This document shows positions 13,286-26,861 of a DNA stretch of 64,000 nt, in pieces (position 1 is the stretch's first letter; every line of letters begins with the position of its first letter). The DNA is from Albugo candida (Eukaryota), in assembly GCA_040437565.1 (NCBI GenBank), contig JBDOQK010000003.1, positions 372,001-436,000 on the forward strand, given 5' to 3'. The notes beneath the pieces were generated by a model. That model was not told the origin of the DNA, searched no databases, and saw nothing but the letters and a program-made list of their open reading frames with translations. Made by a program: the position numbers and the translations under genes.

Positions 13286-13592
13286 CTGTAGATTCTGATA
13301 GAAGACATAATTAAGATGCACATATATGTTTGCAGAGAAAGCGACACTCAATTATTTGTTGAAAGGTCAAGGAATTCTCTTTTCCCAAATCCTCTAATTA
13401 TTCGCTTTACCTCATGAAGCATTTATGTTACCATCAAAGAGCAAACCGTACAATCAGAAAGCGGATGGTACCGTCGTGAAGACTCTTACCATATCGCTGA
13501 TTTCGTCAAAAAAGAATCCGCAACAAACCGAAGAAGTGTAAGAAGAGCGACAACAAAGCGCTTTTGCGTCTGTGTAAACAGTTGTCAGGACC

Positions 13593-14009
13593 TTGGCTCT
13601 GCCAGGAAATCTCTGTCGACTGACATCGAGCCATGAAAACAATCAATGGCGGACCGAAAAGCATCTTGAAGTATTGCCGGGAATCGAGGCACCAAGTAAA
13701 AGCATTAAATCCAAGAACGCGCGGTCAAAAAACGAAGACTGGATTGTACAACAGCGAGTTGTATACAGTGACCAGGATGAAAACTTCATGGCGCTGCGGG
13801 TCGAGAAGAGGGAAGAAGGTGGATTCTGCTACCGGACCGACACAGACTTCCAGAAATTCGTTTCCAAGGTCTACGGGGACATTAGTGTGCCAGTGGGCAG
13901 CAGTAATGAGCTCACAAGCAGAATACGGATCACCATGGGCTTCTTTTTTGAGTTTACATGGCGAAATGCCCTAGAAAAAAAGTGCCACGTCGCGCCTGCG
14001 CAGCATTAA
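13593..14009 (+). other. Unassigned ORF fragment, possibly a transposon or relic gene
   Basis: 138-aa open frame with coding-like composition but no motif I recognise. Confidence 0.2.
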
Positions 14010-15720
14010 ATGAACGCTACTTTATTTCACGAATATTGAGGAAGGTTCGTTCATTGAACTCAAACGCCTAAATCGCGCCTCGACTCAACCTTACACTCGC
14101 GGTAGATACAGTAAGATACCAGTGAGTCGATCCTTTGCATCGTCTTATCATGAGAGAATCGTTGAATCGAGTGAATATCAGAGCGTCGTCTGAGTTCTCA
14201 GTACGGAATCAACACCGTGAGTGAATCAGGGAAGAAAGTCGGCATGACTACTGACATGAAACCTTCAGATTACTGTGAAAAACTGGCACAATTGCACGAT
14301 TGAGACTAAAGCCATTTCTTTGAGCGAGAAAGATTCAAGCATTCAGGCCTTTGTGTCGTCGAGACGTATTCTTGTGCACGGTGGATCGTTCCTTCGGGGG
14401 AAAAGCATATCTAACGTATTTCAAATCGACCAGCTCAGCGTAATGAGATTCTATGATTCACCAATAGGTGCTTGAGTGAAGGATGTCAAACTGCTGAGAG
14501 TACGTTCTCATAAGTCGAAAAGATGGCAAGGGCGCTCACTTAAATCTGCATTCAAGACCCGGTCTAAGCTAACCAGCCCCAGACAAGTACCGGGAATCAG
14601 GAAGACAACCGTCGGTGTTGATGTACGCAAGTCGATACGCTGATATTGATGGTCACGAGGTGGTGACGACTGTGCAGTATGGAAGAGTGCCACACGCAGT
14701 CACTATCCTGAAGCTTGCGTAGAATTAGCCTGCTTGGGCAAGTTCAGCGAATACACTTGGTCTAGATACACTCATTTGTGTGATAGATCAAGGATATTGA
14801 ATAGATTGAATTGAACGTACCTTAGGTTGCANNNNNNNNNNNNNNNNNNNNNNNNNNNNNNNNNNNNNNNNNNNNNNNNNNNNNNNNNNNNNNNNNNNNN
14901 NNNNNNNNNNNNNNNNNNNNNNNNNNNNNNNCCCGGTAAAGTAATCAATACGAATTTTCAGACCCAAGATAATAAGCGTGTCAGTACATCGGTCAAGAGT
15001 GTTCGATCCAATCTATTACAAACTCATGTATTCTTTGCGAGCTGTTTATTTGTGCCCAACGTGTCTCATCTCATGTAGATTTGCTCTAATTGATTCCCAA
15101 TCAGAACTCAAGACAAAAGTGCTTCCATCTGCACATGCATCTGATCAGATGCGTGACATGGTATCGTCGTCTACCTTTTCAAGAAAGCCGATACATTGTG
15201 CAACTCTGGAAGATAAGCTGATAAACACTTACCATAATTATACATGAAAGGCTGCGAAGCGATTTTTAGTACTTGGGATGTGTATGTCCTCATTCTGTCC
15301 CATTTTATTTCTTTTCAGTGCCCGTAATTAGTATTGGTGCTTAAGGCTACTGACACAACACGGCACTCTTCAACTACTCTTCTCACCGCATACTTTCACG
15401 ATATTCATCTATCTAAGTGACCGTGACTACAACTATTGGAATAGCTACGTGTCGAATTCTGCCTACCGTTGATTCTCATCGAGAACACGCACAATTTTGA
15501 ATTAGCAACGTCGATATCAGATCGATTTCTGGATAAACAATGCTCGCTTCTGCTTGTTATCTTTGTAATCTAGAATCATCGACTTATGAAGCGATCGATT
15601 CAATTATCATTGTTAGACACACTTGGTTATAAGCAGAAGGTCCTCTATATCAGGTTTATCAGTCCTCTGGTAGCAGTTATATAACGTTAGCAACCTAAAG
15701 GCTTCTTCATTCGGCTTCAC

Positions 15721-18700
15721 ATGAAAGTCGCCGCGAATGATGCGACTTCTGAATCCGTAAATGAAGAAAGAAAGCTTCATTGCAGGTTCCATATTCCTAG
15801 ACTCTCTGAAAGTCAAAATATAGTAGATTTTGCAAAGATATACTCGAAACATTCAGAAGAAAAAATATGGGAAAATCTACCACAATTATCAAAAGAGCTG
15901 ATGGCGATCACAGCGGAATACAAAAAGAAAAGTACGAGAACACAAAATGATGTTACTGTTTGTCACGACGAAGTCGAGTCGTTTATATCGTGTTCTGAGA
16001 ACGCATTCGATCAGAATGCTGTAAACGACATATCTCTGAGCACAAAAAAAGGCATGACTTTGCTTTCTGACCTTCCGACAGCGAAAGGAAAACCAATGAG
16101 AAGATTCACATCTCTTCTCAATTCACCATTTGATGACGTCATACGTCGTGCTGAACAAGAAGAATTAAGGCGACGATCGCTGCAATCATTGGCTGCAGAC
16201 GACTCTGAAAGCATCCGAGATAACGCAATGTACGAGAAAGTTGAACAGATTCCATGGGAACACATGATCGTATGGAAAGAAAAACCCACGTCTGATCTAG
16301 AGGATACAACCCATTGCGTTGAAGAGCAAGACGATGAACAAGAAGTTTCTAATGAATCAGATCACATGGCCACCAAGTCTATGACGAAGGTAGAGAATCG
16401 TCTGCTTGGGGAAAAAGCGGTGAAATTGAAGAAAAAGGAAGATTCGTTACTGATTTATGTCCCTGATTCATCTGATATCGTACGTGATTTCGATATGACA
16501 AAACCAAGACATTATAGATGGGAATTTGAAGGTGCCCATTCAACGGCTCGTAGCGATCCGGTGTTGCCGAATACTTGCTCTGGTGGTCCCACTCCCTCTG
16601 AATCGGTATCTACTGAGGTAGAAGCATCGACCCGAGCCATTGCTTCCTTACCTTGTCCTCTGAATAAAGAATTAGAAAACGGCAGCTGGTTAGACGCTAT
16701 CGGATGGAATTGCACCCAAGAGATGCCAGACACCAAATTAGTGCTAGACGACAATGACACGAATATCATACTCTCACTGCCGGAGACGGAAGATATTCGA
16801 CCAACATTACGAATCCCAGAACGAAAATTAGGGGCTGCAGAGCAGCGGCTTGAGCAGTTGGATAAACAGCGGCGAGAGAAGAAACAACGCATCGATGAGG
16901 TGATGGGCAATTTAGAATTTGGCGAAGAAACTGCCGAAGGACGTCTAGGTACCGATGGTACGGGCAAGAAGAGCAAAGAAACACGCATAATCAAAAACAT
17001 TGGACATGTCCATCATTCACTTCCCGCCATCAAACTCACTATGACGAAACCAGAATTGCCGAAATCAAAATTGCGGGAATTTCATCGGCCACGAGGGAAA
17101 TTCAAAATCAATGAACGCTTGTTATTTGCAAGAGCGCCAAAAGTTGCAATACCACAAAAGATAGAAAAGAATGTAATGGTCGTTACGCAGATAAAGAAAA
17201 GCTCTGATTTGAATCCGACAGCGGGAGGAAAGCTTATAATGGTGGAGTATACAGAACAGAATCCGCCCATACTTTCTAATCTGGGGATGGCTTCTCGGGT
17301 CTTGCATTACTGGCGACCACCAGAGGACGATGATGATCATGTTTTGGGAAAGAAAAAGACGAAAAAAGCAAAACCGAAGCCTCCTGAGATGCCCATGGGT
17401 CAAGTCATCTCACTAGGCGATCACGATGAATCTCCTTTTGTAGGCGATATACCTCCGGGTCGGGTTGTGACTTCACTCAACTCAAAACTTTACAAAATTC
17501 CGATCTTTCGACATAAAGCGGTCATTCCATTTGCCACTAATGCTGCCGATCGAGAAGCAGGGAGTCATGTCTTGTTCCTATTATGCCGCTCAATTTCCAA
17601 GCACAAAAAAGGGTCCTCTTCGATAGATTCGTCCTCTGCTGGAATGGGAGCAAAGTCGACCATTTACATTATGGAACTACCAGAGCTCTATGTCGCAGGG
17701 CAAATTGAGCCACAGCTGGAAGTCCCCGCTCCGAACTCACGAAGCGCCAATGATTTTATTCGACCTTACATGTCTTTCCATATCCTTCGGCTTTTTAAAA
17801 AAGCCAGTGATGGAGAGCGACTGAAAATTGAAGACGTTGCACGAGCTTTTCCCAATCAATCTGGCACTGCCATTCGTAAGCGGATGAAAGAAGTAGCAAC
17901 CTTCGAAAGAGGTGGCAATGACTCCGGCTGGTGGAAGAAAAAAGCCGCGAATCAATTGACCAGTGAAGAAGAGATACGTTCCAGCATCCCACCAGAAAAT
18001 GTCTGTTTGTATGAGAGTATGATGGCAGGACATCGTCGTTTGTCAGACATTGGGCTAACAAAGCTATTTTCTCCTTCGGGTGTCAACAGCGCAATTAACC
18101 TCATGCTGAAGCGACTCGAATTACGCAGGCAAGCGCTAACAACAAAATTCATCGATTCACTGATTTTGGATCGGGCTTCCGCTCGAGAAAAGGCTCAAAA
18201 AGAGCTCTGGAAATCCGATCCAATGATTCGAAAATTAGAGAAAGATATACAGATTGCCAGATATATCAACGAGCAACTGCAAATCACTCCATGGAATTTG
18301 ACTAATAATTATGTGGAATGTCATTTACAAGGAAAAGGTTCCGGGATGTTGCAATTAGGTGGTATCGGGGACCCAACTGGGCGTGGTGAAGGCTTCAGCT
18401 TTGTGAGAGTTCCGCAATCACGAGCCAAGAAAAAAGACGGAGAAGATGGTAATGATGCTGGTGGTGCCGCTCCGAATGCGGATTCTGCTGCTGTGCAGAA
18501 AGCAGTTGCTGCTGTGACGGGCACAACTGCAGACTTGAGAAAATTGAAGATGAAAGAGGCTGGAGACGTCTTACGAAACCTTGGATTAGCGGAAGCGGAC
18601 ATCAAAAAATTACGCCGATGGGATCGAATTCATATGGTTCGAGAGCTCAGTAGTCGTGCCACGGCTCACGGTGTAGCGGGTACCTTGAGTAAATTCGCTC

Positions 18701-19769
18701 GTGGTGCTCGCAAGTCACTTTCAGCGCAGCAACAAGAATACCGAAAAAAGTGTGATGTCATTTATGAACGTCAAATGGATGTTTTGAGCTCATCACGAGT
18801 GACCTTTTCGTCTGACGAAGAGGAGGGAGATGATTTGGACTTATCAGATTTCGATGATTTTGAAAAAGAAGTAGAAGCTGGCATTCTTGGAGGTGGTGAT
18901 GCAGAAAAGATGGTAAGAAGAGGACCAGAGAAATTGTTTCTCAAAGGCGGTGGTGGTCTCAATCGAACAAGGGAAGCGCTGGCTGAACGCGAAGATATTG
19001 TCCAACTTCGTCGTTTGATGGAAGAAATGAAAGAGGATGGTGCCACTTCTGCAGCAACAGTTGATGTACAACGTCTGGATGCTGACATCAATTCTCTTCG
19101 TAATGAATCACGAGTGAATGAAACACGTGAAGAAGGCACAAGTGCACCACAGAAGGCAGTTGTGACGGGAATGCGAGCAGAATCAATGATTTCATCCGCT
19201 TTAGTGACGCCGACAGATTACCTGTCACGATCTTCTTCACCGCAACATGCGAATAATGATATCGAGTCGAAAAAGCCAACACTTTGCACCGGAGGTCGAA
19301 TTCCCGGCCGCCAAGTTCTAAAGAGAATCACTCGCGTGGTTGAAGAAGACGGAACCGAACGAACTCGCATCGAATTTATTATCGACGAGAAACAAATAGC
19401 CCGATTTAAAGCCTTACAACAACGCAAAGAACGTCTTCAGAATGTCGAAGAACGTAATCAGCTCCGAAAACGAAAGCGAATGTTGGCATTAGAGGGTGAT
19501 CCCATCAATCAGAATCTGCTTAATAAAGCCAAGAAGCGAAAACAATTGCAGGAAGAATTAAAACAATTGCAAAAGACGGAAGAAGAGAACAAAGGATATC
19601 AGGAGTTACTACAAAAACAGGGCGAAGAAGAAGCTCTCTCTCAGTTGGCAAATTCTGCAGCCCAACTCAAAGGAGTCATACGCTGCACGCAGTGTGGCCA
19701 GGTAGGTCACATGCGTACGAATCGAAATTGTCCGCTGTATATGGCTGACGAAGCACGAATGAAAGTCAG
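15721..19769 (+). CDS. TAF1: Transcription initiation factor TFIID subunit 1, 3' end lost in gap
   Basis: Long ORF with TAF1 central-domain motifs (REFHRP, EYTEQNPPILSNLGMAS, GQIEPQLEVPAPNSR, PENVCLYESMMAG, TPWNLT, GDPTGRGEGFSF, TGTTADLRKL, LRRWDRIHMVR) and the zinc knuckle CTQCGQVGHMRTNRNCP. Confidence 0.96.
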
Positions 19770-19869
19770 NNNNNNNNNNNNNNNNNNNNNNNNNNNNNNN
19801 NNNNNNNNNNNNNNNNNNNNNNNNNNNNNNNNNNNNNNNNNNNNNNNNNNNNNNNNNNNNNNNNNNNNN

Positions 19870-21175
19870 TAATTTGATGACACCTATTACATATCAGACA
19901 GTCAAGTAATCGTAATCGTATGCACCTGCAGGGATCGACGGTTCTGTCACTACGGCATTTGCCATACGGAAACCATGGAATGCTGTTCCTGATCAACTTT
20001 CTGAACGATCCAGTGCACTTGCCTTTTAGCCTGTCAGTATAAAGGCATAGTATGAATCAACCCACCAGGAAGGTAGGCTTTTAGTGAAAAGGGACAAAAT
20101 GAATAATTCATCGGAAAAGTTTGTTCATCCGACGACACTTTCAAATAAAAAGGAAGCGTCTTTTGAATCGGTTCAACTCAAACATAACCCTCCGCTTGAT
20201 GTGGATAGTCTCACATGCGACGTAATAACTCCATCATTCAGAATATGTCTCGACGTGTCATATACTTCTGGCATGAGCTACTGGTGCGTTGTCGATTTTG
20301 TGCGGTGAAGCACTGTCAAGCAGTGGGATCAGGAATTGAGTGATTGACTTCCGTCTGTGCATCGAGGGATTTTAGCCGCGTCTCCAGGTAACGATCTTAT
20401 CATGCGCGCTTTTGCATTTCTTGCGCTGTAACACTCCATCTCTTCTATGCCTTCCGTATTGCATCACAGTCTTTTGTTGCTAGTCCTCGAGAAGTTAACT
20501 AGGTAAACCTTTGTGCTACAAATTTTTTCCTCTTAAAGTCGTCATTGGGGATCAGATGCGTAAAAATCACCACTTTGACGCGAAGCACCTTTTTTTCAAT
20601 GTCTCGAAGCTCAGCCACATACTTATGCCCTGTCCTAGGTGTTCATCAGACTGAGCTGATCACAACACAGCTCTAAAGCAGGTTCAGATAACATTGAAGT
20701 TCCCTTACGTATTAGGAGAAGTGAAAGCGTGCTTGTCCTCGGTTATGTTTGCTTATGTAACACAATTTGTCCCGTTTGTGACAAACTAATCAAAGACGTT
20801 AGAAGTGAAGACTTAATTTTGGATCATCGAACGGAAAAAAATCTACTCTTTTAGACGTAACACGAAGCAGACCATTTCGGCACTTTGCCTCCTGATCTTG
20901 TCCTAATGAATTTTCAACCTACATGATATCTTAATACATTCAGAATCTTCCTGGAATCGGATCACCGACCGCAATTGATCCCGCAGCTCTATTCTCTGTG
21001 ATAAGTGGTTCATAAAGACAATATCATGGGTTTGACGTATAGGTCCAGCTAGAAGGTGATGTAAAGGAGATAGAACGCTAGGTAGTGTCGGTCGGGACGA
21101 GACATCAATACTGAATCGTAGAATCATTCAATGCTGTCGATAGAGATTAGTCCGCTCGATTATCCGTTAAGCGAG
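19870..21175 (-). repeat. Copy B of the diverged inverted duplication (partner 9016-10353)
   Basis: Reverse-complement match to 9016-10353. A LINE insertion starts just beyond it (5' TSD at 21202-21216). Confidence 0.9.
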
Positions 21176-21216
21176 AAATATTTCGGCATGGTGAGGTCAA
21201 CTAGGACTGCGTAGAA

Positions 21217-22410
21217 CGCTGTCCCGGAAGGGAAATGGCACATGCTTATCCGATTCACTTTGGCATTCAACTCTCGGACAAGACGGTGTTGTTTCTGATG
21301 ATACCTCGGAATCACCTTTATCGAGTCGTTGGGAAGGCATTGCCACCGGATAAACCACACCCCATGTTACTTCACGCACCAGAACGTGATCGAAGTGGGA
21401 CGTCAACATGGGTGAAAGATTTTTACAAGTTATTCAAACGTCTTCGCAGACGTTTGCTACCGATCTATTCGGATGTCCAATTCCGACTATCCTTCTGTAT
21501 CTTACTAGTTCGAGCACGATTTTGGTTTTTACAACAATCACATCCAGAAATCATCCTGTGCACTCAGAAGCATTGTGGTGCGGTCGAAAGCTACCAGCAT
21601 TTGTTTTTCGATTGCAACAGGACAAGTCCAATTTGGGAAGAGCTNNNNNNNNNNNNNNNNNNNNNNNNNNNNNNNNNNNNNNNNNNNNNNNNNNNNNNNN
21701 NNNNNNNNNNNNNNNNNNNNNNNNNNNNNNNNNNNNNNNNNNNNCAACAATCACATCCAGAAATCATCCTGTGCACTCAGAAGCATTGTGGTGCGGTCGA
21801 AAGCTACCAGCATTTGTTTTTCGATTGCAACAGGACAAGTCCAATTTGGGAAGAGCTTTTTCCCTCGTGGACAATCTTTTTTTTGTTCGCCCGCGATGGT
21901 CACATATCGCGTGTGCACGGATTCCTGCACTTCGTGATGCGTGGAAACCTTTTCGAGTGGTGCTGGAGGATCTCTGGTTTACATTAGTCGCGGTCGCGAT
22001 TCATTTTAAATGGACGGATCGGAATCGCAGACTTTTTCGCCCACGGCGCCAACTACCCCAGCTCTTTCGGTGATTTATAGCACACTGAGTGCTCATATCC
22101 GATATTTTCAAAGGCAGTGCTATGTTACGCAGCAGCTGGAGCACTTAGCAAAAGTATTAGAGTAATATCAACATATTGGTTCAGCACGGAGATAGTTCTC
22201 TGCACGGCCGAGCCTTCTTCAAGTTCGGCGACGTTAAAGATTGTAAGTCGCTCATGAGTAGCGTTTCTTCTCACAACTACTTCTTTCCAGTTCGATCAAA
22301 CTCGGTGTAGACTAGTATCTATCAATCTGCATGTGTTTTAATTATTTATTGTAGTCTAGGCATTAGAGAAGTCATTTAGATCTAATTCTCGTAATATAGA
22401 CAACTTCAAC
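21217..22410 (+). mobile_element. 5'-truncated non-LTR retrotransposon (L1/Tx1-like ORF2 C-terminus)
   Basis: Encodes a zf-RVT-like CTQKHCGAVESYQHLFFDC and a W--RNRRLF motif. Flanked by TSD taggactgcg(t/c)agaa at 21202-21216 and 22411-22425. Ends ...cttcaac. Contains a gap with duplicated flanks. Confidence 0.85.
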
Positions 22411-24340
22411 TAGGACTGCGCAGAATCGGCATTAGCTCTTTGTTGCAATATGGTTCCTCTCCTAGACTAGCATAAAGACTATTTGCATTTCCGTGATTGT
22501 AGCTGGGATGCCCTTAAAGCAGGCAACGATCTAGATATACACTTGTATCGGTTTGAGATAGCAAACAAGATCAGACTGCATGTGGATGATATCGAAAGCA
22601 ACGACGACTTAGGGCCAGACGGTGAATAGATTACAGATAAAATTTTGATATTGTACAAATGAATATAATGAAGCCTTTCTGATTGCTAGTGATATTAGCG
22701 ACCCAAATCGACGACGTTGAAATCAGAAGATCCGACTGTGATGACCATTTCATTTTAATTGATTCTCGGCTGCTAATGAGATGTACGCTATATTAGTTTT
22801 GGGACAAGACTTATGCGACTACGGCGCTGACTAGGTTGAGACCGTAATACACCTCAAATCACCATCTCGTTCAGCACTTCAATTAATGATATCGGCAATA
22901 TAAAGGAGTACAGCGTGTAGTGCTGGGCACCGTTTATGGTTGGACACGAACCTTTGCTTCTTTCTGAAATAGTAGATTGAGCTGCAATATATTCAACATG
23001 GCTGCGCTTTGATAACTTGACTTGAAGTATTGCTATGAGTGCACATTGGTATCTACCTAGTTCGACTCTCGTTACGAAAGGACCGACAATGCAATTTCAC
23101 TGCGGACATTAATTTTCTCTACTTTCAAAAGTCGATAGCGCAAAAGTAGCAAAGTAGCTGAAATTACGATAATACGCACACTCGCACGTTCGATAGCTGC
23201 TATAGTAAACCTGTATAATGTTATCGCCTCCGGGTACATTATAACGTGACAACTTCGAAAAGATCAGAACGTGGACAGGCAACGATCCCTTTCATTTCAG
23301 CGCTGAGTTTCGAATACATTGAAAGAGTCATATTCACGATTAATATAAATGTTATTCAATTCGTATCAGCAAAAATAGAGCTTTCTCTCGACAGAGAATG
23401 CTGCAAATTCTCCTGAACATGAGCATCCAATTTCTGATCTCTCTGTATCCAATGAAATTAGACATTGCGCTCTCAAGATGCCTGATAGATCTAGCCCAGC
23501 GCGATTCCCTCGCTTTTCTAAACACTTTGCCTTATTTTTATAATAAGCTCCAACTCATGCCCCTTGGTAATCTGATTTCAATAGGGCTTTACAAGATGAA
23601 TGTGACTATATTACAATGAGGAAATGCGTCAAGTTTTTGGCGCTTTTATGCGACTATCTTTTAATACAGCGATTTAATTGAGTCTAAGAACATAGTTCTG
23701 CTTGCTGTTGCTTTACTAGCAGCATCAATTGTCGAGTTGAAGAACAGGCGCACCATAGGAACCAACAGTTTGCTGTTTACTCAGCACTTTTAACATTCGA
23801 ATTCGGGCCTCCTGATCAAAGCATAGCTTCGAAAGTATGATGATCAATATGGAAACCACCTGTCAAGAAATCGAGAAGCTTATTGATAGTAATTGGTCCT
23901 CCATAAACTTGCATTATAGTCGCCCAGAGCCGGAGACAAATATATCTACCAATCATTGTCGGAGGCTTCACTATAGAGAATCATGCCGATTACATCGCAC
24001 ACACATCAATTATTCGATAGTTGAGAAGGAGTGCTCTCACTCCCATGTATTCTTGGGACCCGATAGACTTAAGACTCCGATCCAGAAGGTTTTACAGGTG
24101 GGCCGAGTTGTACTATACATATTAGCGCCTCATATTGATACATACGGTATACTCTAGGTCAGTTAAGTATTTTCAATGTCGAATTCTGTATCAAAAGAAT
24201 TAGTCCAAGGGTTCCTTATTCGAGAATTTGACATTTGTATGGGAAGTACATCAAATGAAAACGGATGATCGATTATCTCAGATTACAACTCACAAGCAAA
24301 CAAGTAAGAAGAAAGAGGAACAAAAACCTTTCCGATCACA

Positions 24341-24885
24341 ATGTCGACAGCATGATACTTTTCTCCCTCCAGCACGAACGTTGAGCATTTGGGACCAAGT
24401 TTGACCCAACTTTTGGTACACAATCGCTTCGTTTGAACAATCGACGATGGTATGTGATCGAATGGAGGATCAGATGCTTGCAGCGAGTTTCACTCGAGAC
24501 CATTTCCATCATCAAGAGCGTAATGACAACGACGACGAATTCTTCAAAGATTTACCAGCAAAAGGAAGGGTAAACACAAGGAGCAGGAACAAGACGAAGA
24601 ATATCGATTCTTTACGTCGTATTCATATTCAAGGTCGTCTATGCTGGACGATAAATGAAAACGGATTAGCAGCACGCGTCGTCGATATGAAGATCCAGTG
24701 GGCGGTTGAAATAATGATTGAACGCGAAGTCGAGCTTCATAGAACATGATTTCGAATGAAAACGACAAAAAGGAAAAACTTGACAGAATTTTTTCGGAAC
24801 GGATCTTCAAAGGAATTTGGAAAAGTATTGCAAGAGACTCCGTATGCAAAGGCTCACTGAAACAACTGAAAAGAAATAAGTAGAA
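24341..24885 (+). pseudogene. Pseudogene paralog of the 30446-30991 / 32975-33714 gene pair
   Basis: ATG TCG ACA GCA TGA gives an early stop. Colinear diverged match (DQMLA...RDHFHHQERNDNDDEFFKDLPAK) with frameshifts. The upstream region from ~24180 also aligns to ~32810-32975. Confidence 0.88.
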
Positions 24886-25196
24886 TCAAGTAAATCATGA
24901 GCATTTTAAGAATATTTTGGAGAACAAAAAGCTCTTTATAAACTCACAAATCGATGTTATGTGTTGCTCTGTTGACTTGGAACGTGAGAAGCCTTCTTAT
25001 AGTCGATGAAAGCTACTAATTTACCTGGAATCAAGACTAAAGCATTATAACCTCGTAGGTTCCTATAGAACATTTAGTGTGGCGCAATACGCAATACAAA
25101 AGTAGTTTATTTTTATACTGGGGATGAACACATCATGCCACGTTATTTATGACCGTATTGAAAGTGTACCACATTACATATCGAGTTGAGAATATC

Positions 25197-26861
25197 ATGC
25201 ATCGTGTGGTGACTCCAAGCACGCGACATTGGCTCCGTACGTGTGCGTACCCACGTACCTTTATCCATCAAATAATACAGTCTAAAGCGTCAGCATACGA
25301 TTATTTTCAAAATTGCAATTCAACAGCGACGCAATCGCAGTACGCTCACGAATCTCTCTACGGTCCTTTTGATTCGGACGCGACTGTGGCAGCATACACT
25401 GATCCAAGCGAACCAGTCGCAGACGCCTCCGTACCTCCTTCTTCAATTACTGATCAGAAAGCTACGGAAGAAATGAGTGACACGATCAAATTGGAGGATT
25501 CATCTAATGAAGAAATGAAGCTTAATGCTCTCGATAACGAAGTGGGGCGTAAACTCAAGCCAAGAGAAGTTGTCTCGATCTTGAACACATGTATCATTGG
25601 ACAGGAAGGTGCAAAAAGAGCTGTTGCTATCGCACTCCGAAATCGATGGCGGAGGATGAAGGTCACTCCGGATCTTCGCCCAGAAATCAGTCCAAAAAAT
25701 ATTCTCATGATCGGCCCTACCGGCTGTGGAAAGACTGAGATTGCTAGACGTTTGGCTAAGCTGGCAGAAGCACCCTTTATTAAAGTTGAGGCCACAAAAT
25801 TCACAGAAGTTGGTTTCCATGGACGCGATGTTGACCAAATAATTCGCGATCTTGTGGAAAATGCGATTAATTTGGTTAAGAAACAAAAGCAAGAACGGGT
25901 AAGACAGCAAGTACAGCAACTGGTGGAGAGACGCATTTTGGATGCGCTGATCGGTCCAAATTCCACTGCGAATTCGCGCGCAGCTTTTGAGAATCTGCTG
26001 AAGACAGGAGAAATGGAAGAACGCATGATTACAATTGATGTGCCGGTGAGTCGTGGAAATGGAATGGGAGGCACACCGATATCCTTTATGGCGAGTCAGG
26101 GGCCCTTACCAGTTGGAGAGATTATCGGTAAAGCTTATACCACGCTGGAAAAAAAATCAGAGACAAGAAATATGACCGTAGCGGAATCTCGAAGTGTTTT
26201 CGAAGAAATGGAGATGGAAAACGCTATCGACATGACTGATGTTGTGAGAGAAGCCATTCATGAAACGGAAGAAAATGGTATTGTTTTTATTGATGAAATT
26301 GACAAAATTTGTTCGACGGGGGATTTCAGAAGTGCAGATGCAAGCAGTGAAGGAGTTCAGCGTGATTTGTTGCCCCTACTAGAAGGAAGTGTCATTTCGA
26401 CAAAACACGGTAATGTAAACACCGATCATATCTTGTTTATCGGATCTGGCGCTTTCCATTCCAGCAAACCATCAGACTTACTTGCTGAGCTTCAAGGTCG
26501 TCTACCTATTCGAGTTGAGCTAAAAGGCTTAACCGAGTCGGATCTATATCGGATTCTGACCGAACCTGTATCGAGCTTGGTTCGCCAGCAGATTGAATTA
26601 CTTAAAACTGAAAAAATCGATCTTGACTTCACGGAGGATGCAATTCGTGAGATTGCTCGTGTGGCCACTGATATCAACAATACAATCGAAAACATCGGAG
26701 CTCGAAGGTTGCATACAATCATGGAGAAAGTTGTTGAAGATATTAGCTTTGATGCTTCCGACCTATCTCCGGGATCCAAAGTCACTGTGACTAAAGATCT
26801 GGTTCGAGAGCGCGTCGGACCGATGTTGAAAAAAGCCGATTTGTCAAAGTTCATTCTTTAG
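25197..26861 (+). CDS. hslU: ATP-dependent protease ATPase subunit HslU (ClpY), probably mitochondrial
   Basis: IIGQEGAKRAVAIALRNRWRR, PKNILMIGPTGCGKTEIARRLA (Walker A), KVEATKFTEVGF, GIVFIDEIDKI (Walker B), EGVQRDLLP, ELQGRLPIRV, ENIGARRLHT and C-terminal DLSKFIL. Intronless. The start could alternatively be ATG 25149. Confidence 0.97.
   Translation: MHRVVTPSTRHWLRTCAYPRTFIHQIIQSKASAYDYFQNCNSTATQSQYAHESLYGPFDSDATVAAYTDPSEPVADASVPPSSITDQKATEEMSDTIKLEDSSNEEMKLNALDNEVGRKLKPREVVSILNTCIIGQEGAKRAVAIALRNRWRRMKVTPDLRPEISPKNILMIGPTGCGKTEIARRLAKLAEAPFIKVEATKFTEVGFHGRDVDQIIRDLVENAINLVKKQKQERVRQQVQQLVERRILDALIGPNSTANSRAAFENLLKTGEMEERMITIDVPVSRGNGMGGTPISFMASQGPLPVGEIIGKAYTTLEKKSETRNMTVAESRSVFEEMEMENAIDMTDVVREAIHETEENGIVFIDEIDKICSTGDFRSADASSEGVQRDLLPLLEGSVISTKHGNVNTDHILFIGSGAFHSSKPSDLLAELQGRLPIRVELKGLTESDLYRILTEPVSSLVRQQIELLKTEKIDLDFTEDAIREIARVATDINNTIENIGARRLHTIMEKVVEDISFDASDLSPGSKVTVTKDLVRERVGPMLKKADLSKFIL

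Noticed and set aside
16011..19427. Numerous minus-strand ORFs inside TAF1 (similarly inside hslU and the acyl-CoA dehydrogenase)
   Set aside because: Antisense shadows of long coding sequences.
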